A DNA stretch of 52,328 nt from an uncultured Clostridia bacterium (GCA_947626235.1 CANQRI010000001.1:1-52328); one strand, 5' to 3'; shown: positions 35,613 to 46,414, counted from the stretch's first letter. The notes: generated from the sequence alone by a model not told the origin. A program made the numbers and translations.

Positions 35613-37448
35613 TTACCTTCTTGCTTCTCTTTCTCTTGTTTTTGTATCTAATATTTTCTTTCTTAAACGAATATTTTTTGGTGTTATTTCAACAAGTTCA
35701 TCATCAGCGATGAATTCAATAGCTCTTTCCAATGACATTTGTAATGGTGGAACTAAACGAAGTGCATCGTCTGAACCTGAAGCTCTTGTATTAGTTAAGT
35801 GCTTTTCTTTACATACATTTATTGCTATATCTTCATTTCTAGAGTTTATACCAACAATCATTCCCTCATATACTTCTACACCTGCACCAATTAAAAGTTC
35901 TCCTCTTTCTTGTGCATTGTATAAACCATATGTTACAGATGTTCCTTGTTCCCATGCAACAAGTACACCTCTTGTTCTTGCTTGAATTTCACCTTTATAT
36001 GGCTCATAACTATCAAATATAGAGTTCATAACTCCTTCGCCTTTTGTATCAGTTAAGAATTCTGACCTATAACCTATTAAACCTCTTGCTGGTATTTTAA
36101 ATTCTATTTTTGTATGACCTAGTTCTGCAGGTTCCATGTTTACCATTTCACCCTTACGTCTTCCTATTTTTTCTATAACAGTTCCTATTGAGTCGTCTGG
36201 CACATTTACTACTAATATTTCCATTGGCTCACATTTTACGCCATCTATCTCTTTAAATATAACTTTTGGACGAGATACTAAAAGTTCAAAACCTTCTCTT
36301 CTCATTGTTTCTATTAATACTGATAAGTGAAGTTCCCCTCTTCCGCATACCTCAAAGCTATCTGCTTGGTCTGTTTCTTTTACACGTAAACTAACATTTC
36401 TTTCTAGCTCTTTAAATAATCTATCACGAATATGCCTTGATGTAATGAATTCTCCTTCTTTACCTGCAAAAGGTCCATTGTTTACGCTAAAAGTCATAGA
36501 TACTGTTGGTTCATCTATATTTACAAATGGAATTTTTTCTGGATTATTTAAGTCGCATATTGTTTCACCTATATTTATATCTGTAATACCAGATAATGCT
36601 ACTATGTCACCAGCTGTAGCTTCTTCTACTTCTATTCTTTTTAGCCCTTGATAAGTAAATAGTTTTGCCACTTTTCCTTGTGTATTTTTATCTTCCTTAC
36701 ATATTGCTACTGGCATTCCTGCTTTTATTTTTCCTCTTTCTATTCTACCTACAGCAATTCTTCCTAAATAATCATCATAATCTATGTTAGAAACTAGCAT
36801 TTGGGCTGTTCCTTCTATTTCACAGTTTGGTGGTGTAATGCTATTTATTATTGTATCAAATATACAGTTTACATTGTCGCTTTCTTCTTCTAAAGACATT
36901 TTTGCTATTCCGTTTTTTGCTGAAGCATATATAATTGGAAAGTCTAATTGCTCATCAGTTGCATTTAATTCTATAAATAACTCTATTACTTGGTCTACCA
37001 CTTTTGCTGGATTTGAGCCTGGTCTATCTATTTTATTTATTACTACTATTGGTTTTAAATTTAATGCTAATGACTTCTTTAAAACCTCTCTTGTTTGAGG
37101 CATTGGGCCTTCAAAAGCATCAACTAATAATAGTACTCCATCTACCATTTTTAAAACACGCTCTACCTCTCCACCAAAGTCTGCGTGACCTGGTGTATCT
37201 ACTATATTTATTTTTACTCCATTATACATTACTGATGTATTTTTTGAAAGAATAGTTATTCCTCTTTCTTTCTCTAAATCGTTTGAATCCATTACCCTTT
37301 CTTGTACTTGTTCATTTTCTCTAAACACATGGCTTTGTTTTAATAAACAATCTACTAATGTTGTTTTACCATGGTCAACGTGTGCAATTATTGCAATATT
37401 TCTTATGTTTTCGTTTATCATTTTATGTTCCATTCCTTTCACTTTCAA
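35613..37448 (-). CDS. typA: Translational GTPase TypA/BipA
   Basis: IRNIAIIAHVDHGKTTLVD, DTPGHADFGGEV and NKIDR motifs; about 600 aa. The exact start (MKVKG, MEHK or MINEN) is uncertain. Confidence 0.93.
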   Translation of the reverse strand: MKVKGMEHKMINENIRNIAIIAHVDHGKTTLVDCLLKQSHVFRENEQVQERVMDSNDLEKERGITILSKNTSVMYNGVKINIVDTPGHADFGGEVERVLKMVDGVLLLVDAFEGPMPQTREVLKKSLALNLKPIVVINKIDRPGSNPAKVVDQVIELFIELNATDEQLDFPIIYASAKNGIAKMSLEEESDNVNCIFDTIINSITPPNCEIEGTAQMLVSNIDYDDYLGRIAVGRIERGKIKAGMPVAICKEDKNTQGKVAKLFTYQGLKRIEVEEATAGDIVALSGITDINIGETICDLNNPEKIPFVNIDEPTVSMTFSVNNGPFAGKEGEFITSRHIRDRLFKELERNVSLRVKETDQADSFEVCGRGELHLSVLIETMRREGFELLVSRPKVIFKEIDGVKCEPMEILVVNVPDDSIGTVIEKIGRRKGEMVNMEPAELGHTKIEFKIPARGLIGYRSEFLTDTKGEGVMNSIFDSYEPYKGEIQARTRGVLVAWEQGTSVTYGLYNAQERGELLIGAGVEVYEGMIVGINSRNEDIAINVCKEKHLTNTRASGSDDALRLVPPLQMSLERAIEFIADDELVEITPKNIRLRKKILDTKTREREARR

Positions 37449-37516
37449 ACAGCAAATAGCTCTTTTGTAGCGTTTGAGTTATTCCTTTTTTCTAAATAAT
37501 TTTAAGCATTTATATA

Positions 37517-38602
37517 TTATTCTTCTTTATACTCATCTGAAGTACCTTCCAATTCTTTAATTGAAAGTTCTATTCTTTGTTTTTCTTTATCTACTTCTAT
37601 TATTTTTGCATTTACATATTCGTTTTGTTTTAACACGTCTTCTGGTTTGGCTATTTTCTTTTCTGAAATTTGAGATATATGTACTAAACCTTCTATTGCT
37701 GGTTCTAACTCAACAAATACACCAAAAGGCATCATTTTAGCAACTTTAACTTTTACTACATCATTTACTTTATATTTTTCATCTATATTATCCCATGGAT
37801 TAGGCCCCTTATTTGCATAAGAGAATTTTACTCTTTTATTTTCTTTATCTACTTCTAATACTTTTACTTGTATTTCTTGACCTTGCATTAATACATCTGA
37901 TGGTTTTACATTTCTTACCCATGATATTTCTGAAACATGTAAAAGTCCTTGAACACCGTCAACATCAACGAATGCTCCGTATGAACTTAAACTTGCTACT
38001 TTACCTTTTACAGTTTGTCCAACTTGTATGTTGTTCCAAAAATTATCTTCTTTTTGTTTCTTTTCTTCATCTACAACACTTTTTATTGAGCCTATTACTT
38101 TTCTATCTTTTGGATTATATTCAATAACTCTAAAACTAACTTTTTTATTCTTATAGCTTTTTTTATCTTCATCTCTAGGTATAGCTGACAAAGAATATGG
38201 TATAAATATTCTTGTATTTGCCATTTCCACTATTAAGCCATTATCAGTTACTTCTGATACTTTAGATTGTATTATTTCATTATTTTTTATTTTATTTTCT
38301 AAGTCTCTTTTGTATTCTGCACTTTTAAGTTTTTTATATGATAATAAAACATTTCCTACACCGTCATTTTGTTTTAATACTTCTGCTGTTATTTCATCTC
38401 CAATTTTTACGCCTTCTAATAAATTTACATCATCTTCTGTATATTCTTCTTTTGGAATTATACCATCTGCCTTATAACCTATGTCTATAAAAATTTCCCC
38501 TTTAGATGTAATGCTTATTACTTTTCCAGTAACAACCTTGTCCAATTTTGCGTCTTTTAAACTCTCATTATACATTTCTTCAAATGACATTTCTTTTTCC
38601 AT
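37517..38602 (-). CDS. rpsA: 30S ribosomal protein S1-like (four S1 domains)
   Basis: Repeated S1 OB-fold signatures are present (GKVISITSKGEIFIDIG, VKGKVASLSSYGAFVDV.GVQGLLHVSEIS, VKVAKMMPFGVFVEL). The start is uncertain; the ATG of MEKEMSFEEMY was chosen over the track's TTG at 38668. Confidence 0.8.
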   Translation of the reverse strand: MEKEMSFEEMYNESLKDAKLDKVVTGKVISITSKGEIFIDIGYKADGIIPKEEYTEDDVNLLEGVKIGDEITAEVLKQNDGVGNVLLSYKKLKSAEYKRDLENKIKNNEIIQSKVSEVTDNGLIVEMANTRIFIPYSLSAIPRDEDKKSYKNKKVSFRVIEYNPKDRKVIGSIKSVVDEEKKQKEDNFWNNIQVGQTVKGKVASLSSYGAFVDVDGVQGLLHVSEISWVRNVKPSDVLMQGQEIQVKVLEVDKENKRVKFSYANKGPNPWDNIDEKYKVNDVVKVKVAKMMPFGVFVELEPAIEGLVHISQISEKKIAKPEDVLKQNEYVNAKIIEVDKEKQRIELSIKELEGTSDEYKEE

Positions 38603-38741
38603 AATTTTAACCAATCCTTCTCTTTGGGCTAATACCCATATTTTTAGAAGTTGAATAATGTTTTTCAACTCCTATACAGACTTATTTATTATACAATAGT
38701 TTTTTATAATTTTCAATATAAATAAGCTTTTTTATTATATA

Positions 38742-39410
38742 TTAATCTTTTATATTTGTCAACATAATTATATTATTCATTATATCTTCTGTAACAAATT
38801 CTAAATCTTGCTTTTCTTCTTCACTATCTGAATATTTTTTTCCTTTATATTTGCTGTAATCTAGCGGTTTTCCATAATTTACATATATTCTCTTAAAAGG
38901 CTTTTCTCCTCCAGATATTCCTACTGGAATAACCTTTGCACCAGACCTTACTGCAAAAAATGCTGCACCATCTTTTACCTTCTCGCCTTTTTCTAACCCT
39001 TTTCTAGTTCCCTCTGGGAATAGTGCAATACATCCACCATTTTTTAGAACTTTTAAAGATGCTTTTATTGTTCCTATATCCTTTGTATTTTTATTTACAA
39101 GAATTACATCAAATGCCCAACCTAAAACTGCTAAAAATTTACTTTTTGTTAGCTCTGCTTTTGCCAAAAATATTAGCCTTCTTTTAGCTGTTATCATAAT
39201 TAATGGTGGATCTAAAAAGCTTTTGTGATTTCCACATACTATAATTGGCCCTTCTTTAGGTATATTTTCTCTTCCTATTACTTTCATTCTATATATTATT
39301 TTGCAATATGCATATAACGCTCCTTTTACTATTGCTCTTAATATAGCTTTTACCATTTCTTTCATTTTAAATTTATCCTCTCCATTGTTATATGGCATTT
39401 TAAGTGCCAT
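38742..39410 (-). CDS. plsC: 1-acyl-sn-glycerol-3-phosphate acyltransferase
   Basis: GNHKSFLDP (NHxxxxD motif) and FPEGTR motifs. Confidence 0.85.
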   Translation of the reverse strand: MALKMPYNNGEDKFKMKEMVKAILRAIVKGALYAYCKIIYRMKVIGRENIPKEGPIIVCGNHKSFLDPPLIMITAKRRLIFLAKAELTKSKFLAVLGWAFDVILVNKNTKDIGTIKASLKVLKNGGCIALFPEGTRKGLEKGEKVKDGAAFFAVRSGAKVIPVGISGGEKPFKRIYVNYGKPLDYSKYKGKKYSDSEEEKQDLEFVTEDIMNNIIMLTNIKD

Positions 39411-39420
39411 ATTAAACTTT

Positions 39421-40098
39421 TTATTTCATACCTCTTTTTTCCATAATTAGTGTAGCAACTTTTTCTTTAACCTGCTCTATACTTAAATTTGTTGTATCTA
39501 TGTATGTTGCATCATCTGCTATTTTTAATGAACCTATTTCTTTATGTTTATCATTTTCATCTCTTATTTGTATATTTTTCAAAACCTCTTCATATGACAT
39601 TTCTATACCTTTTTCTTGATTTTGAATATACCTTCTTTTTGCTCTTTCTTCTTCATCTGCATCTAAATAAATTTTTACATCTGCATTTGGAAATACATAA
39701 GTTGTTATATCTCTACCTTCCATAATAACATCTTTTCCTTTTGCTAAGTTTCTTTGTACTTCTACCATTTTTAGTCTAACTTCTACTATTGAAGACACTT
39801 GTGATACTATTTTTGTAACTTCTTTGCTTCTTATTTCTTTTGAAACATCTTCTCCATTTAATAAAATAACTAAATTGCCTTCTGGACCTAGTTCCATATT
39901 TATATTTATGTTATCTAATAATTTTATTATTTTATCCTTTTCTTCTACAGCCACATTATTTCTAATTGCTTGCAATGCAACACATCTATAAGTTGCTCCT
40001 GTATCTATATTTACAAGCCCCATTTCTTTTGAAATTAAATCTGTTACTGTTCCTTTTCCTGTACCTGCTGGTCCATCTATTGCAACTACAAATGACAT
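39421..40098 (-). CDS. cmk: Cytidylate kinase
   Basis: VAIDGPAGTGKGT P-loop, IDTGATYR and MEGRDI motifs. Confidence 0.93.
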   Translation of the reverse strand: MSFVVAIDGPAGTGKGTVTDLISKEMGLVNIDTGATYRCVALQAIRNNVAVEEKDKIIKLLDNININMELGPEGNLVILLNGEDVSKEIRSKEVTKIVSQVSSIVEVRLKMVEVQRNLAKGKDVIMEGRDITTYVFPNADVKIYLDADEEERAKRRYIQNQEKGIEMSYEEVLKNIQIRDENDKHKEIGSLKIADDATYIDTTNLSIEQVKEKVATLIMEKRGMK

Positions 40099-40156
40099 TT
40101 TATTTTCCCCCTTAATTTTATTCTTTTATTTTTAATAACTTATTTTTTATTCTCAA

Positions 40157-40987
40157 TTATTTTTTTGGCATTTCTATTGTTTTTGCTATTACTGTTATTT
40201 TTTGAAGATTCATTGTTGTTAATTTTTCTATTTCTTTTACACATTTTTCTTTAAAATCATTAAGTTCCGAAAATAAATTGTAGCCATATACTATAGATAC
40301 TTCTATATAAATTGAAGGTCCTTCTCCATAATTTTCTACCCTAGTTTTTAATATTTTTGATATTGCATCTGTTTTTTTAGCCAAATATTCTATTATTTGC
40401 CTAAATACAGTATCTGATATTGTAAAATTTCCCAAATAACTAAAAGTAGGCCTTATTATTGATTTTTCTGATATATATGGTTTTTTTCCACTACCTTTTG
40501 ACTTGAAAATTTGTAATGGATCTAAAATATAACCTGAAAAGTCTTTTTTTATTTCAAAAGTAGGAACTGGTATTACATGTTTTCCTTGTGTAACTCTTAT
40601 ATTTCTTGCAGTTTCCATTTCATTTTCAGTAGCTACATCTTGAATATATATTGTTTTTTCAATATCTGGCAGTCCTAAATTTTTAGCAATTTTTTGTACC
40701 ATTCCGTCAGAAGTACCTAATATTAGTATTGAATCTGGCTTATATTTTTTTATAGCTTTTATCATCTTTTTTCTTTCTTTTTCATCTATAAAAATTGCAT
40801 GCTTTACAGTTTCTATTTTAGTTGGTGCTTTTTTGGCAGATTCTCCTGCTACTACTTCATTTTCGTTTACTAAAAGCCCATCATCAATTATATATGAAAT
40901 GTTATTTTCTCCTGCGACCATCTGAGCTCTATAACTTTTTCCTGTACCAGATGGCCCAACAAAAGCTAAAACTCTTATCTTATCCAT
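40157..40987 (-). CDS. P-loop NTPase domain fused to an Asp23-like C-domain (conserved hypothetical)
   Basis: LAFVGPSGTGKSY Walker A. The C-terminal half resembles Asp23/Gls24 (IYIEVSIVYGYNLFSELNDFKEKCVKEIEKLT). Confidence 0.55.
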   Translation of the reverse strand: MDKIRVLAFVGPSGTGKSYRAQMVAGENNISYIIDDGLLVNENEVVAGESAKKAPTKIETVKHAIFIDEKERKKMIKAIKKYKPDSILILGTSDGMVQKIAKNLGLPDIEKTIYIQDVATENEMETARNIRVTQGKHVIPVPTFEIKKDFSGYILDPLQIFKSKGSGKKPYISEKSIIRPTFSYLGNFTISDTVFRQIIEYLAKKTDAISKILKTRVENYGEGPSIYIEVSIVYGYNLFSELNDFKEKCVKEIEKLTTMNLQKITVIAKTIEMPKK

Positions 40988-41088
40988 ATCTTCTCCTTTT
41001 TTTAGAGTAATATAACTTATGGTATTATATCATTTATATATTAAAAAGTCCATTTTTATTAATAAAAAACACAAACTTTTTATTTTGC

Positions 41089-41143
41089 AAAAAAATGCAC
41101 CTCATTTAGTTATGCCTTACTATGACATACTAAAATGAGATGC
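41089..41143 (-). terminator. Rho-independent terminator after dCMP deaminase
   Basis: The minus-strand RNA has a GCAUCUCAUUUUAGU...ACUAAAUGAGGUGC stem followed by AUUUUUUU. Confidence 0.7.
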
Positions 41144-41160
41144 GTTTCATTATTTTCATA

Positions 41161-41658
41161 TTACAAATTTATAGTTATATTTTTGGGCTCAATATCTAAC
41201 TTTTTATATGTAACACCACATTCGTCGAATAACCTTCTTGATGCAATATTATTTTCAGAATTTGCATATTTATCTGATAAATATACAACTTGCTTTATAC
41301 CTGATTGAATAATTATTTTTGCACATTCATTACATGGGAATAAATCAACAAATATTTTAGAATCTTCTAAATCTTTTTTACTTCCTCTAAAGTTTAGAAT
41401 TGCATTCATTTCTGCATGGCACACGTATGGATACTTTGTTTCTAAATTTTCCCCTTGCCTTGCCCATGGGAATTTTTCATCATCAAACCCATTTGGTGCA
41501 CCATTATAACCTATTGATAATATTCTATTATCATTACTTACTATGCAAGCTCCTACCTGTGTAGATGGATCTTTACTTCTCATGGCAGATAATTTTGCTA
41601 TTGCCATAAAGTATTCGTCCCAGCCAATGTAATCTTTTCTCTTTTTGTTAACGTCCAT
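41161..41658 (-). CDS. comEB: dCMP deaminase (ComEB-like)
   Basis: CHAEMNAI and PCNECAKII zinc-binding motifs; 165 aa. Confidence 0.9.
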   Translation of the reverse strand: MDVNKKRKDYIGWDEYFMAIAKLSAMRSKDPSTQVGACIVSNDNRILSIGYNGAPNGFDDEKFPWARQGENLETKYPYVCHAEMNAILNFRGSKKDLEDSKIFVDLFPCNECAKIIIQSGIKQVVYLSDKYANSENNIASRRLFDECGVTYKKLDIEPKNITINL

Positions 41659-41722
41659 TTGCCATCCTCCTTTTACATTTACTACTACATTTATTTGCTT
41701 CTTTTGTTCCCTATATTATTTT

Positions 41723-42625
41723 TTATTCTGCTGGTGTTGTTGGAGTTTGTTCTGTAGTTGTTCCTTCTTCTGAAGTTCCTTCGCTACCGCTTAAATCTAT
41801 TGATGAACTTGCAGATTGATTGTTTTGTAATAATGCTCCATATTTTTCATTAATCCATGCATTTATATCAAATGGTGTAAATGTTTGTGGCTCTCCATAG
41901 TCTATTCCATAAGTTTCTACAGATATACTTGTTATTACTGGTGGATCAACTGGCTTGTCTGCTCCTTCAGCATTTTCTTCTCTAGTTACAACTTCTACAT
42001 TAGCTATTTTATCTACTATATCTAAACCTTCTACTACTTTTCCAAAACCTGCATATAAACCACTTATGTCTGTGTTATCTGCATTCATTATAAAAAATTG
42101 TGCTGAACCTGAATTATAACCATTTCTCATTATAGTAAGATATTCATTATAATCTTCAGCCATAGAGGCAGTATCACTAAAGTTTTGTCTAGCCATTGCA
42201 ATTACACCTTTTCTAAGGTTTATACCATTTTCTACATCATTTGCAATAAACTCACCTTTTATAGTGTACTCATCTGTTCCTCCGCCATCTCTTAAATCAT
42301 CTAAAGTTGCATTTCCTGTTCCATCACCATTTTTAGAACCACCTTGTATCATAAAATCTGGTACAGTCCTATGGAATGTTTTTCCATTATAATAACCTCT
42401 ATTTGCAAGCCTAATAAAGTTTGCAACTGTATCTGGTGCTTCTTCTGGATATAACTCTACCTTTATTGTTCCAAAATTTGCTATTTCGATTGTAGCTAAT
42501 GGGTTTGGTATATTTCTAGTTAATTTTTTATAAACTCCATAACCTACATATCCTATAGCACCTATTGTTAAAATTGCTATTAATACTAAAATTATTGTTT
42601 TTAATACTCCATTTCCTTTTTTCAC
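41723..42625 (-). CDS. Membrane-anchored cyclophilin-type peptidyl-prolyl isomerase
   Basis: N-terminal TM, FHRTVPDFMIQGG, SAQFFI and a T/S/E-rich tail. Confidence 0.88.
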   Translation of the reverse strand: MKKGNGVLKTIILVLIAILTIGAIGYVGYGVYKKLTRNIPNPLATIEIANFGTIKVELYPEEAPDTVANFIRLANRGYYNGKTFHRTVPDFMIQGGSKNGDGTGNATLDDLRDGGGTDEYTIKGEFIANDVENGINLRKGVIAMARQNFSDTASMAEDYNEYLTIMRNGYNSGSAQFFIMNADNTDISGLYAGFGKVVEGLDIVDKIANVEVVTREENAEGADKPVDPPVITSISVETYGIDYGEPQTFTPFDINAWINEKYGALLQNNQSASSSIDLSGSEGTSEEGTTTEQTPTTPAE

Positions 42626-42711
42626 TTTTATTCCTCCTTGTAAATTCTTAACGAATATTTTATATATTTATAAGATTTATCATAAAACCTTACATTTTTC
42701 AATAAGCATTA

Positions 42712-43794
42712 TTATAATATTAAATTATCAAAAACAAATTGTTCTTGCATTCTTTTTAATGCTTGTTTAATGCTTTTAGCTCTTACTTCACCTATTCCAT
42801 CAACATCATCTAAATCTGGAATGTCAGCAATTAATATATGTTGGAATGATTTAAAGGTTTTTATTAAATTATCTACTATGTTACTTGGCATTCTTGGTAT
42901 TTTATTTAAAATTCTGTATCCTCTTGTAAATACGCCTACTTCATCATAATTGTCAAAATCTTCATATCCTAAAATTCTTCCTATTATTTGAGGCTTCATT
43001 AAGTCTTCTCTTGATAAGGATTCAATTTCTTTTAATACCTTTTCTGAACTTCTTTTCTTACCAGGTGCTATGTAGTCTTTTACTATTAATAATTCTTCCT
43101 TTTCTAGTCCCCCAACTAGTTCATCTAATTGCATTTGAAGAAGTCTACCTTCTTCTCCCAACTCATAAATGGACTTTTGGACTTCGTCCACTACTTTCAT
43201 AACCATTTCTGCTCTTTGTATTGCTGTTACTACATTTTCTAAAGTTGCTATATCATTAAATTCATATTCATTTAATAAACTTAATTTGCTATCAAATACT
43301 TTCTTATATTTTTCAACTGTTTGTAAAGCTTGATTTGCTTTTGTAACAACCTTACTTGTGTCTTCTAAAACATAGCTTGCATACCCCTTAAATACTGTTA
43401 TTATGTTTCTTCTTTGAGAAATACTTATTACTATTTCTCCAGTTTGTTTTGCTGTACGTTCTGCTGTTCTATGCCTCGTTCCTGTTTCTGTTGAAGTTAT
43501 ATCTGATGATGGTATTAGTTGAGCATTTGCATATAGAATTTTTTTAAAGTCTGCACTTAATATTATAGCTCCATCCATTTTTGCTAGTTCGTATAATCTC
43601 GATGGAGTATAATCCACATCTATTTTAAACCCTCCGTCTACTATATCTAACACTTCTTTTGTATCTCCTATAACAATTAACGCACCTGTTTTTGCTTTTA
43701 ATATATTTTCTAAACCGTTTCTTATTGGAGTTCCTGGTGCAATTAATTTTAATACTTCTGTGATAGAATCGTCTTTACCTAGCATCTTTTTCAC
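42712..43794 (-). CDS. disA: DNA integrity scanning protein DisA (diadenylate cyclase)
   Basis: GALIVIGD, MDGAIIL and GTRHRTAERTA in the DAC domain, with a C-terminal HhH (GIGEVRAKSI). It is adjacent to radA, as is typical. Confidence 0.93.
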   Translation of the reverse strand: MKKMLGKDDSITEVLKLIAPGTPIRNGLENILKAKTGALIVIGDTKEVLDIVDGGFKIDVDYTPSRLYELAKMDGAIILSADFKKILYANAQLIPSSDITSTETGTRHRTAERTAKQTGEIVISISQRRNIITVFKGYASYVLEDTSKVVTKANQALQTVEKYKKVFDSKLSLLNEYEFNDIATLENVVTAIQRAEMVMKVVDEVQKSIYELGEEGRLLQMQLDELVGGLEKEELLIVKDYIAPGKKRSSEKVLKEIESLSREDLMKPQIIGRILGYEDFDNYDEVGVFTRGYRILNKIPRMPSNIVDNLIKTFKSFQHILIADIPDLDDVDGIGEVRAKSIKQALKRMQEQFVFDNLIL

Positions 43795-43858
43795 TCCTCT
43801 ATCTTCAATATAGTTTTATAAGTATAAATTACTTTACAGTTACAATAGTTTGAATGCT

Positions 43859-45220
43859 CTATTTCAATATTTTTAGTGCATCTTCTATATTCCTAGCCCC
43901 TATTATATCTAATTTATACTTATCTTTCAATAGTTTTTTGTTATTTTCTGGAATTATACATTTTTTAAATCCTAATTTTTCTGCTTCTTTTAATCTTTTA
44001 TCTATCATATTAACCGTTCTTATTTCGCCTGTTAAGCCTACTTCGCCTATTGCAACTAAATCTTTTGGTATACTTATATTTCTATAACTTGATGCCACTG
44101 CTAAAATAATTCCCAAATCTATTGCAGGCTCTGCAATTTTTATTCCACTTACTACATTTAAATATACATCTTGTGATGATAAATGTAATCCTCCCATTTT
44201 TTCTAAAACAGCCATAAGCAAAGTTAGCCTATTATAATCTATACCATTTGCTGTTCTTCTTGCCATTCCAAATATTGATGGTGTTGTTAATGCCTGAAAT
44301 TCCACAAGTAGTGGTCTTGTTCCTTCCATGCTTGCCACTATAACTGACCCTGCTGGATCTCCTTCTCTTTCAGAAATAAGTATTGAAGATGGGTTTGTAA
44401 TTTCCACCATTCCTTCATTCTGCATTTCAAACATACCAACTTCATTAGTAGAACCAAATCTATTTTTTACGCCCCTTAAAACTCTATATGAAAAATATCT
44501 TTCTCCTTCTAGATATAAAACTGTATCCACCATATGCTCTAAAACTCTTGGTCCTGCTATATTTCCTTCCTTTGTAACATGTCCTATTATAATTGTGGTA
44601 ATCCCTTGTGATTTACATATTTTCATTATTCTTGCTGTTATTTCTCTAACTTGACTTACAGTTCCCGGAGCAGAAGTTATTTCATCACTATACATAGTTT
44701 GAATTGAATCTATTATTACAAGTTTAGGATTTATTTCAGATATTGATTCTGAAATAATATCTATATCTGTTTCTCCCAAAAACAAAATATCATCATTTTT
44801 TATATTTAATCTATCTGCTCTAATTTTTATTTGCTCCGCAGACTCCTCTCCAGACACATACAAAACCTTACCCTCTCCCGGTATTTTATTGCATATTTGA
44901 AGTATTAAAGTAGACTTACCTATACCTGGTTCTCCACCTAAAAGTACTAAAGAGCCTTTTACTATTCCACCGCCTAAAACTCTATCTAACTCTCCAATTC
45001 CAGTTTGTATTCTTACTGCTTCTTTTCCTTCTACATCTGTTAAAACTCTTGGTTTATTAATTCTTTCCTTTTTATTTGCACTACCATATGTACCGCTTTC
45101 TTTAGCAATTTTTTCTTCATAAAAAGTATTCCATTCATTACAAGCTGGGCACTTTCCTAGCCACTTTGCTGATTCATAGCCACAACTGCTACATACAAAT
45201 ACTGTTTTTGCCTTTGCCAT
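43859..45220 (-). CDS. radA: DNA repair protein RadA/Sms
   Basis: The true start is MAKAKTVFVCSSCGYESAKWLGKCPACNEW (zinc finger), preceded by an AGGAGGC SD. It has GEPGIGKST and GVKNRFGSTNE motifs and a Lon-like C-domain. The 20-aa N-terminal extension in the track is REP sequence. Confidence 0.93.
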   Translation of the reverse strand: MAKAKTVFVCSSCGYESAKWLGKCPACNEWNTFYEEKIAKESGTYGSANKKERINKPRVLTDVEGKEAVRIQTGIGELDRVLGGGIVKGSLVLLGGEPGIGKSTLILQICNKIPGEGKVLYVSGEESAEQIKIRADRLNIKNDDILFLGETDIDIISESISEINPKLVIIDSIQTMYSDEITSAPGTVSQVREITARIMKICKSQGITTIIIGHVTKEGNIAGPRVLEHMVDTVLYLEGERYFSYRVLRGVKNRFGSTNEVGMFEMQNEGMVEITNPSSILISEREGDPAGSVIVASMEGTRPLLVEFQALTTPSIFGMARRTANGIDYNRLTLLMAVLEKMGGLHLSSQDVYLNVVSGIKIAEPAIDLGIILAVASSYRNISIPKDLVAIGEVGLTGEIRTVNMIDKRLKEAEKLGFKKCIIPENNKKLLKDKYKLDIIGARNIEDALKILK

Positions 45221-45240
45221 ATTGCCTCCTTTCTTCCCTT

Positions 45241-45267
45241 CGCAATTGGGGACTGTCCCCAATTGCG
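45241..45267. repeat. REP-like perfect palindrome (family 2), 3' flank of the RAYT gene
   Basis: CGCAATTGGGGAC-T-GTCCCCAATTGCG has 13-bp arms. Confidence 0.85.
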
Positions 45268-45305
45268 ACAACTGGGTCAATTTGTACCACCCTTTGTAAT
45301 ATCCT

Positions 45306-46079
45306 CTATTTAATACTACCCAATAACTTTCTGTTAAGTCCAGTAACTCTGGATAACTGGCTTATTGATATATAAGGTATTTTTATAATATCTTTTAATA
45401 ATTCTTTAATAATCTTATTATTATACCTTTGTATATTTTGTATATTATCAAACCCAAACTTTTCTTTTAATGCTTCTTTTAATTGTTCATCTGTTAATTT
45501 ATTTTGCAACTCATATACAATTTCATCTGAAATTTTATTTTCTTCATTTATTTCATGGAATTGTTTAAACTTTTGCAAAGCCAATTTTTTATTTTCATCT
45601 AGCATGCTAAAGAAAACATCTATATCTACTAATGAACAATCTCCTTTTATATAATCCTTATAACTACTCCATTTATATTCTTCTTTTTTACTTAAAAATG
45701 CTTTTTCTGGATTTTTATGAATATATCGAATTGCATTTTTAAAATAATCTTCATCTTCTATTATTTTATTAAAATATCGATCTTGAAATAAATGTCCAAC
45801 TCTTTCGTATTTTTTATTAAAATATTTCGCGTACCTTGTTTGTATACTATTCATTATAATTGAAATATTTCCATCTTTATCATATATTTGCATATGTACA
45901 TGATTTGGCATTAAAACATAAGCATATAGTTCAAAATGATATTTATCCTTTGTATTTTTTATTTGTTCTAAAAATTTTTCTTTGTCTTGCTTATCTAGAA
46001 ATATCTCTTGTTTATTAACTCCACGTATAATAACGTGATTTATTCTTTTGGGGCCAAATCTTCTTAATATTCTAGGCAT
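45306..46079 (-). mobile_element. IS200-like Y1 (HUH) transposase / REP-associated tyrosine transposase (RAYT-like) with a C-terminal HTH
   Basis: YAYVLMPNHVHMQI (HUH motif), VGHLFQDRY, and AIRYIHKNP (catalytic Tyr motif). The C-terminal ISISQLSRVTGLNRKLL is HTH-like. Confidence 0.8.
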
Positions 46080-46360
46080 AATATTACCTCTCCTTTTTTA
46101 TTTGATTTCCCCCATGTTAGTTTTTATATCATATTTTTATTAATAATACCATATATATTGATAAATTTTCACACATTTTTCATATAATTATATATAATCC
46201 ATGTTATATGATGTATTTATATTTTCATATCTCTTAATTTTCATACTACCAAATATCAGAGGATAAAGTATTTTTATACTCTATCCCCTTTAAAAAATAA
46301 ATTCATAAAATAAATTTATATCTTAAATAAGACTAATAACTTTTTTAATCTTTACCAACC

Positions 46361-46414
46361 CTGTCCCAAATTGTCCCATTCGTCTCAGTTGGGGACAGTC
46401 CCCAATTGGGACAA
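46361..46414. repeat. REP-like palindrome cluster (family 2), 5' flank of the RAYT gene
   Basis: TTGGGGAC-A-GTCCCCAA (46389-46405) is nested inside TTGTCCCA...TGGGACAA (46371-46414). A direct TGTCCCA copy lies at 46362-46368. The central base is complementary to the one in the 45241 copy, so the two copies are inverted relative to each other. Confidence 0.8.

Noticed and set aside
45221-45280. 20-aa N-terminal extension of RadA (MTQLSQLGTVPNCEGKKGGN)
   Set aside because: It is a translation of the REP palindrome. The canonical RadA start MAKAKTVFVCSSCGY has its own AGGAGG SD.
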